DNA from: an uncultured Desulfobacter sp.
GTDB taxonomy: Bacteria; Desulfobacterota; Desulfobacteria; Desulfobacterales; Desulfobacteraceae
NCBI RefSeq assembly: GCF_963665355.2
Contig: NZ_OY762228.2
Coordinates: 1,546,120-1,610,119, forward strand
Direction of reading: 5' to 3'
DNA length: 64,000 bases
The notes under the pieces are model-generated. The model saw nothing but the letters and a program-made list of their open reading frames with translations, had not been told where the DNA came from and searched no databases. Shown in pieces: positions 9,561-15,843 of the stretch (the stretch's first letter is position 1; every line of letters starts with the position of its first letter). A program made the position numbers and the translations under genes.

Positions 9561-10748
9561 ATGCTGTATCGAAAGGTACCCAAAAACGGAGACGAGCTTT
9601 CCATACTTGGGTTTGGCGCCATGCGCCTTCCGGTTGATAAAAAAACGGGCCAAATTGAAGAAGAACAGGCCATTGCCCTGATACGCAAAGCCATAGACAA
9701 GGGCGTCAACTACATTGACACGGCCTGGCCCTACCACGGGGGGCAAAGCGAAGTGATTGTGGGAAAGGCCCTGAAAGATGGATACCGCGCCAGGGTCAAG
9801 ATTGCCGACAAGCTACCCTCCTGGGCCGTTTCAAGCCGCAGCCAGATGGATGAGATCCTTGATCAGCAGCTTGAAAAACTGGGTGTCGCCACCATTGATT
9901 ACTATCTCCTGCATGCCCTGGAGGGCGATTCCTGGAACCGGCTCAAGGCGCTTGGCGTGATCGAATTTCTGGAAACAGCCAGGGCCTGCGGCAACATCGG
10001 CAACATCGGATTTTCCTTTCACGGCAGCCACGAAGAGTTTGTCCGGATCATTGATGAATATAACTGGGACTTGTGTCTCATCCAGTACAATTATCTGGAC
10101 ACCGGTAACCAGGCCGGGACAGCCGGTCTTGAATATGCTGCCCGAAAGGATGTGGCCGTGATCATCATGGAGCCCCTGCGCGGGGGCAACCTGGGCAGGC
10201 CCACGCCGCCGCCCGGGATCCAGGCGCTGTGGGACAAGGCTGAAATCAAACGCACCCCTGCGGAGTGGGCCCTTCGCTGGGTCTGGAACCACCCCGGGGT
10301 CACCGCAGTGCTGTCTGGCATGAACACAGATGAGCAGCTGGATGAGAACCTGGCCCTTGCCGGTGATGCCAAAGCCGGCACCCTCACCGCCCTGGAACTT
10401 AAACTCATTGACAAGGTGGCGGACGCCTACCGGGAGCTGATGCCCATCAACTGTACCGGATGCCAGTACTGCATGCCTTGTCCGGCAGGGGTGAATATCC
10501 CGTCCTGCTTTGACATTTTCAATACCGCCAAAATGTTTGGCCAGACCCGGCAACAGGCCCAGTTTACCTACGCTGTCAGAAACGGCGGGGTCCGGGGGAA
10601 CAAAACATATGCCTCGTTATGCGTTGAATGCTGGGAGTGCATGAACCATTGCCCCCAGCGCATCAAGATTCCGGAACGCCTCAAGGAGGTGGCGGAATAT
10701 TGCGAGGCTGACGGAATGGTGGATATCGTCCGGGGCGCCCTGTCCTGA
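9561..10748 (+). CDS. Aldo/keto reductase with C-terminal Fe-S cluster domain
   Basis: AKR N-terminus (LGFGAMRLP, IDTAWPYHGGQSE) and C-terminal Cys clusters (CTGCQYCMPCP, CVECWECMNHCP). The ATG at 9561 lies 8 nt after AAGGAG. The ORF track starts at GTG 9552. Confidence 0.8.
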   Translation: MLYRKVPKNGDELSILGFGAMRLPVDKKTGQIEEEQAIALIRKAIDKGVNYIDTAWPYHGGQSEVIVGKALKDGYRARVKIADKLPSWAVSSRSQMDEILDQQLEKLGVATIDYYLLHALEGDSWNRLKALGVIEFLETARACGNIGNIGFSFHGSHEEFVRIIDEYNWDLCLIQYNYLDTGNQAGTAGLEYAARKDVAVIIMEPLRGGNLGRPTPPPGIQALWDKAEIKRTPAEWALRWVWNHPGVTAVLSGMNTDEQLDENLALAGDAKAGTLTALELKLIDKVADAYRELMPINCTGCQYCMPCPAGVNIPSCFDIFNTAKMFGQTRQQAQFTYAVRNGGVRGNKTYASLCVECWECMNHCPQRIKIPERLKEVAEYCEADGMVDIVRGALS

Positions 10749-10769
10749 AAAGTCGCAGATGTGTATGCA

Positions 10770-10804
10770 GGACAGTGCCCCGGTTTGTTTCCGGGGCACT
10801 GTCC
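10770..10804 (+). terminator. Rho-independent terminator between convergent genes
   Basis: Perfect 14-bp stem GGACAGTGCCCCGG/CCGGGGCACTGTCC, a 7-nt loop, then TTTTCA. Confidence 0.8.
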
Positions 10805-10822
10805 TTTTCACCCGCCTATCTG

Positions 10823-11857
10823 TCAGATCAGATAGTTCATTTCGTATACCGGCAGCACGTCCCCGGTTTCGGAAAGGGCCAGGGAGGTGTCTGTGATCTG
10901 GCCGGCCATCTGGTTTTCCCCATCGGAGAGGCTGAAAAGGGACGAAACCTCCCCTAAATAAACGGCACCGATTCCCGCGTCCGCCAGCCTGGTCAGGCGG
11001 GTCCCGTCGCCGGTGCCCGGGTTCCACAAAACAAACTGGTCAAACATCTCATCATTTTCATCAATCCACATATTCCGGTCCTGGTCATATTCGGCAAGTT
11101 CCCGGAATCCGTCGCCGGTGGCGGGGCCGAAAAGCTCGCTGCCGTCATTGATGATGCCGTCCTGGTTCAGGTCCAGGGCCAGAAAGGCATATCCCTGGGA
11201 CAGCCCGGCCAGATCCTCCGTATCGCCGTCGCCGTCCAGATCAAAGGAAAACTGGCCGCCCTGGAGCATGGGCATCCGGGCGTCGGTCTGGATCACCAGG
11301 GGATCGATGAGCATATAGCCGGTTTCTGTCTCCTGTGTATTGGATTCACTGAAAAACTGCCGTTCCATCAAAAGATCCATGGAAAAGTCGATTTGCCGGT
11401 TATCCGCCGTATGGATGGTGCCGCCGCCCGACACAGTAACCTGTTCGCTTTCCTCATAGGTCACGGTGGTGGTCCGGGTATGTTCCCATTGTGACAGGAG
11501 GGAAAAATCCCACTGGAAAACTTGGCCTGTATAGACCTGATTCAGGCTGGTCAGGCGGGCCTGGGCTGTGTTTGTGACCTGGGGCATATACACATCAAGA
11601 ATAGCCTTGGTCATCTGGCGCAACGTGTTCAACTCCTGCTTAAACTGCTCGGTCAAAGATACCTCTCCCATCTCCTGCCAGGTTAAGGACCCATTACCTC
11701 CCGGAGACGATCCTTCGGCATCTCCGTTGTCTGAGACGTCCGAAGCCCGGGCATCCAGGATGTCCGTAAAAGAATAGGTTTCAGATGACACCACAGTCTG
11801 GGTCTGGCTATAGGTTCGGGAAGAATTAAGCTCCACAGAAAATGTGTCTATTTTCAT
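10823..11857 (-). CDS. Acidic protein with EF-hand/DxDxDG-like calcium-binding repeats, unknown function
   Basis: 344 aa with FDLDGDGDTEDL, LDLNQDGIINDGSELFG and YDQDRNMWIDENDEMF motifs. I see no signal peptide. Confidence 0.5.
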   Translation of the reverse strand: MKIDTFSVELNSSRTYSQTQTVVSSETYSFTDILDARASDVSDNGDAEGSSPGGNGSLTWQEMGEVSLTEQFKQELNTLRQMTKAILDVYMPQVTNTAQARLTSLNQVYTGQVFQWDFSLLSQWEHTRTTTVTYEESEQVTVSGGGTIHTADNRQIDFSMDLLMERQFFSESNTQETETGYMLIDPLVIQTDARMPMLQGGQFSFDLDGDGDTEDLAGLSQGYAFLALDLNQDGIINDGSELFGPATGDGFRELAEYDQDRNMWIDENDEMFDQFVLWNPGTGDGTRLTRLADAGIGAVYLGEVSSLFSLSDGENQMAGQITDTSLALSETGDVLPVYEMNYLI

Positions 11858-12541
11858 GCAGCCTCCTTAAAATCTGCCGGCGTATTTCCCCCTCCTGGGT
11901 AATGTCCGGAATAAAAACTTGCGGAACCATCATGGCTGCCGGGTTTTAAACACCATCAAAAAATAATCTTCAGGCCCGGCTTGATGTCGGGTAAAATTGA
12001 ACTTTTCAAAGCAAACGATTATCCGCCTTGCCTTGAAACTGATATTTTTATTTTATGACAGCGTGCGAACAACAAAGGTCAGCAAAAAATATACCCCATT
12101 TGTATCTATTTGATTTTAAATAAAATTCATTGATCTGGCGTGGTGGTGTTCTCTAAAACCGGAAGATTCTGCCGGGCAACAATGTTTTTGCCAAATCTTA
12201 CGAAAGAGGAAGGATAAGGGAGAAATGAATATGAATGTCTCTAATTTCGAGTCGATTCAAGCCGGTATTTTAAAAAATAGACAACATTGTAACGATAGTT
12301 CAATACAAAATTGTATCAAAATATTCTTTGTGTAAAAACAATGCTATGCCGAATGTCGGTTTTGAAAAAAGATATGTCATGATTAATGTTTTATTTCAGT
12401 ATATTATATTTCGTTATTTATTTGAGCCCTCCTTTTTAGTTCCGCGGCATCATTTTTGATAATACCCAAAACAAAGCTTACGGCATCGCCGGCAGCAAAA
12501 CCCATACAAAGGAAAACAACGCACATTGCAAAGGAGCAGCC

Positions 12542-12790
12542 ATGAAAAAAACAACACTGGAAAAAATTTTTGAATACGCATCCATGCCCGTCCACGGTAC
12601 GTTATCACGGAAACTGAGAAAAGATATCCAATGCCAGGTAAACGACGGCGCGATATATGACGGGGCTGTCTTTTTTCTCGGAGATGAGTTCGTCCGGATC
12701 ACCGAAGAGACAGACGGACAAATGATCAATACCTATTATGACTGGGAAAGCATCATATCTGTCAAGACCATTGCAAACAAGAGTAAATAA
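12542..12790 (+). CDS. Small hypothetical protein
   Basis: 82-aa ORF with AAAGGAG 5 nt upstream of the ATG. No recognisable family. Confidence 0.4.
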   Translation: MKKTTLEKIFEYASMPVHGTLSRKLRKDIQCQVNDGAIYDGAVFFLGDEFVRITEETDGQMINTYYDWESIISVKTIANKSK

Positions 12791-13156
12791 AGAAGGAGGG
12801 CTTGTGGCCTAGATTACGTTTTACGAGAAACCCGGTTGCATAAACAACACCAAACAGAAAACATGGCTCGCGGCTGCGGGACATGTTGTAACCGAAAAAA
12901 ACATATTGGAAACCCAGTGGACCCGGGAGGAACTTCTGCTTTATTTTGGGGACAAGCCTGTGGCGGAGTGGTTCAACAGAACGGGGCCCCTGGTGAAATC
13001 AGGGGAGGTGATCCCGGAATCCGGTGCTTGCCCAGAACACCAGCTGTGATGAAAAGAAATCAGCTGAGCCCTAATATTATTGAGATTAGTGATGATTAGA
13101 TTGAGGCGATCAGATTTTCCACGTCTCCTTCTTGAAAATTTTCAGCGGGGGTAAGA

Positions 13157-13199
13157 ATAAACAGGAAGCGGAAAAGTTTGAATCCCGCTTCCTGTTTAT
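13157..13199. terminator. Strong stem-loop (15-bp perfect stem) downstream of cbiF
   Basis: ATAAACAGGAAGCGG / CCGCTTCCTGTTTAT with a 13-nt loop. Both flanks are A/T-rich. Confidence 0.55.
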
Positions 13200-13210
13200 A
13201 ATTTATAACT

Positions 13211-13221
13211 CCCCCCCCCCC
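13211..13221. repeat. Homopolymeric C11 tract (G11 on the minus strand)
   Basis: 11 consecutive C residues in the intergenic DNA 3' of cbiF. Confidence 0.9.
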
Positions 13222-13285
13222 TGATCCACATAGACGAAACCGGGTTGGATGCCGTTTGTTACGCCGATTTTTAAAGCCAGGCCGA

Positions 13286-14053
13286 TTACGCCTTGTCCCG
13301 ATATCCATGGCGGAAGGCCCGGTCGTAAAGTAATGATCTGACATCCTTGTCTGTCTCCAGAAATGGGCCCACAATTATAAGCGCCAGGCGGTTGATGTCG
13401 TTTTCGGCCATGGTTTGGGCCAGTCGCTCCACAACCGTGACAAGAATGCGTTCTTCGGGATGGCTCATCCGGTAGGCCACGGCCACCGGTGCTTCAGGGC
13501 CATAGGCCGCTGCCAGAATTTTTTCCACCTGTCCGGCCATGCCGGCACTCAGGTAAATCGCCATGGAGGCTTTATGGGCTGCCAGGCTTTCCAGGGACTC
13601 TTTTTCCGGCACCGGGGTCCGGCCTGAAAGCCGGGTAAAAATCAGGGTCTGGGATTTTTCCGGTACGGTGTATTCAACTTTGAGAGCGGCAGCTGCCGCA
13701 AAGGCTGCGGTGACCCCCGGAATCATTTCATAATCAATCCCACGCTGATCCAGCAGCGCCATCTGCTCTGCAACGGCACCGTAAAGGGAAGGGTCGCCGG
13801 TGTGCAGCCGCACAACCCGAAGCCCTTTGTCCCGGGCATGGGCCATGGCATCCACCATCTCCTCCAGGTGCATGCCGGCACTGGACTCCTTTTTTGCAGC
13901 CGCACCAGCCCAGGTCAGCACGGCCTCGGGCACCAGGGAGCCTGCATAGAGTATATAATCAGCCGCTTCCAGGGCTTTCATCCCCCTGACCGTGATCAGG
14001 TCCGGAGCCCCCGGCCCAGCCCCGGCAAATATAATCGGAAATTTTTTCATCAT
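13286..14053 (-). CDS. cbiF: Precorrin-4 / cobalt-precorrin-4 C11-methyltransferase
   Basis: MMKKFPIIFAGAGPGAPDLITVRG…YAGSLV…LHTGDPSLYGA…IPGVTA is the typical CbiF/CobM tetrapyrrole methylase pattern. Start taken at ATG 14053 or 14050, preceded by GGAG. The ORF track's upstream extension is unlikely. Confidence 0.85.
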   Translation of the reverse strand: MMKKFPIIFAGAGPGAPDLITVRGMKALEAADYILYAGSLVPEAVLTWAGAAAKKESSAGMHLEEMVDAMAHARDKGLRVVRLHTGDPSLYGAVAEQMALLDQRGIDYEMIPGVTAAFAAAAALKVEYTVPEKSQTLIFTRLSGRTPVPEKESLESLAAHKASMAIYLSAGMAGQVEKILAAAYGPEAPVAVAYRMSHPEERILVTVVERLAQTMAENDINRLALIIVGPFLETDKDVRSLLYDRAFRHGYRDKA

Positions 14054-14475
14054 TCCGCTCCTTTTGCAGCGTAAACAGCAGGCCATTTGGGGAAGTTATG
14101 ATTCCATCTCTCAAGATTGACCACCTGACAGCTTTCAGCCAGTTTCCGAAGCCATCGGCTCGATGGAATGCCAATGGGAATTTCTCTATTCAATGCTTTC
14201 CACATAACCGTATTCATGGCATTGTCTAAATTGAGCAGGCATAGATAATGAATTGGTTTATCCGTTTTTTGCTCTGCATGCCTGTAAAGGTAAGAATCCC
14301 TGAATTTATATTTAAGATAATTTTTCAGCCATTTGAAATGATCGCGTTTCTGCTTCATGGTTTCATCATCATCCTCAAAGACGCGGGTATCAAAGGCTGA
14401 AGGATCATCAAAATTTTTTATTTCAATAAAAAGATAGGCGGTCTCCAGTTCCACAACGATATCCACTGCTTTCAT
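14050..14475 (-). CDS. Small PD-(D/E)xK-nuclease-like protein, unknown family
   Basis: 141 aa. The N-terminal VDIVVELETAYLFIEIK fits a D…ExK nuclease core. The stop overlaps the cbiF ATG (ATGA). The frame stays open for 24 codons upstream of the ATG without any start codon. Confidence 0.4.
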   Translation of the reverse strand: MKAVDIVVELETAYLFIEIKNFDDPSAFDTRVFEDDDETMKQKRDHFKWLKNYLKYKFRDSYLYRHAEQKTDKPIHYLCLLNLDNAMNTVMWKALNREIPIGIPSSRWLRKLAESCQVVNLERWNHNFPKWPAVYAAKGAE

Positions 14476-14578
14476 AGGAACCCCATGGTAAGTGGATTTG
14501 CCTTTATCTTTTTCATCAAAGACAAAGGCATCTAGGCATCCGTAAAATCAAAGGAAAACCCATCTACATTGTCCAATT

Positions 14579-15613
14579 TCATTTGCCCAGATGCCCCATG
14601 GATTTTTCAATTTCACGATCCACAAAGCTGCCGAAGGTATCATCAATGGCATTGGGAGAAATATCCAGATAGCTGGGGGTGGCGGCGGCTTTTATTTCAC
14701 CGGAATCCGTATCCCTGAACAGGCTGTGAAAAATCAGATGATCCTGGGCTTGGTACTGGAGATCAAACTCCTTGAGAACCGCATAGTCATGGGTGCTTAT
14801 AAATATTTGTACGCCGGTTCGCTGAAGTTCCAGCAGAATGCCGACAACAGACTTCATCAGCCTGGGATTCAGATTGGTTTCCGGTTCGTCCCAGAACAGT
14901 GCTGATCCGTTAAGCAATGTGCCGTTCTGAATTAAGATCCATAACAGTCCTAATTTTCTGAATCCTTCAGCCAGGAGTGTAAATTCAAGTTCTCCATGCT
15001 TGCTGCGCAAAAAGAATTCTTCATTTTTGGCAATCACTTTTCCGTCCATGGCATCCTGGAGGCTTTCCAGGAGGTGTTTGCGCTGCTTTTCTGTGGGACC
15101 CTTCAGAACCGGTAAAAACGCCTTGCGGATAATATCCACATAGATCTCTTCAAAGTGAATCTCCCGTTCTTCATAAAGGGATCGGAAACCCGGTGCATTG
15201 GCCATCATGTCCTTTACCGGAATATATGCCGCATCAAAGGGCGTTTCCCGCCAGGCCTTGGTGGCACCGGACACGGTTGCCTTTTCCGGCCTGGTTGTAT
15301 GATTGGAGAATGACAATCTTATGGTGGCGGATTTTTCTTCCAGCCTTCGGGTCACCTCTATAAATCCCTTGCTGCTGGCGGAGGACCGTTTAACCAGACG
15401 GCCGATCTGCTTTCCTGAAGGATAAAAAACATTATTTATTTTTTCAGCAAAACCGTCCCTGCTTTTGGAAATATCGCAGGCAGCATAGACCGCTTTCATG
15501 ATATGTGTCTTTCCTGTACCGTTCTCTCCGATAAAGATATTGATTCCAGGAGAAAACTTAAGTTCGAGCTTTTCAAAAGCCGTGAACTTTTCAAATCTTA
15601 TTTTCTCTATCAT
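14579..15613 (-). CDS. Stand-alone ABC/SMC-type ATPase (AAA_15/AAA_21-like)
   Basis: Walker A GENGTGKTH, signature-like LAEGFRKL, Walker B LFWDEPETNLNP, H-loop ISTHD. AAGGAG lies 8 nt upstream of the ATG. No TM segments and no transporter partner. Confidence 0.75.
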   Translation of the reverse strand: MIEKIRFEKFTAFEKLELKFSPGINIFIGENGTGKTHIMKAVYAACDISKSRDGFAEKINNVFYPSGKQIGRLVKRSSASSKGFIEVTRRLEEKSATIRLSFSNHTTRPEKATVSGATKAWRETPFDAAYIPVKDMMANAPGFRSLYEEREIHFEEIYVDIIRKAFLPVLKGPTEKQRKHLLESLQDAMDGKVIAKNEEFFLRSKHGELEFTLLAEGFRKLGLLWILIQNGTLLNGSALFWDEPETNLNPRLMKSVVGILLELQRTGVQIFISTHDYAVLKEFDLQYQAQDHLIFHSLFRDTDSGEIKAAATPSYLDISPNAIDDTFGSFVDREIEKSMGHLGK

Positions 15614-15843
15614 GTAATGCGCTCCTTATCCTGGTTTTTCAGCATAGATCAACCTAGAATTACGTGGCAGGGCATAAATTGTCAAGGCCATGTTCTTTTG
15701 AAAAAATGACCCCCCCACGCAATTGCGCACCGGACACAATTATAATTGCCGGTTCGGATCAACCGGCCATTGCCAAGTGCCCGGGTTTTCAGGTACCATT
15801 AAGCTTCTGCATTAACCATGTTTTGAATCAGGATTACCTTATC

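Noticed and set aside
6967-10553. Several 200-240-aa minus-strand ORFs (6967-7587, 8722-9387, 9831-10553)
   Set aside because: Each lies antisense to a plus-strand gene with strong family motifs (DUF362, polyferredoxin, AKR). Their translations are Gly/Arg/His/Pro-rich without motifs.
12404-12595. 63-aa Cys/Phe-rich minus-strand ORF as a possible type I toxin
   Set aside because: It overlaps the RBS and start of the better-supported plus-strand 82-aa ORF. It has no RBS of its own, no antisense-RNA-like structure and no terminator.
12836-13099. 87-aa plus-strand ORF with a TTG start
   Set aside because: The translation (…ARGCGTCCNRKKHIGNPVDPGGTSALFWGQACGG…) is not protein-like. The +1 frame over the same DNA gives a much more protein-like but start-less sequence, which is reported as a remnant instead.
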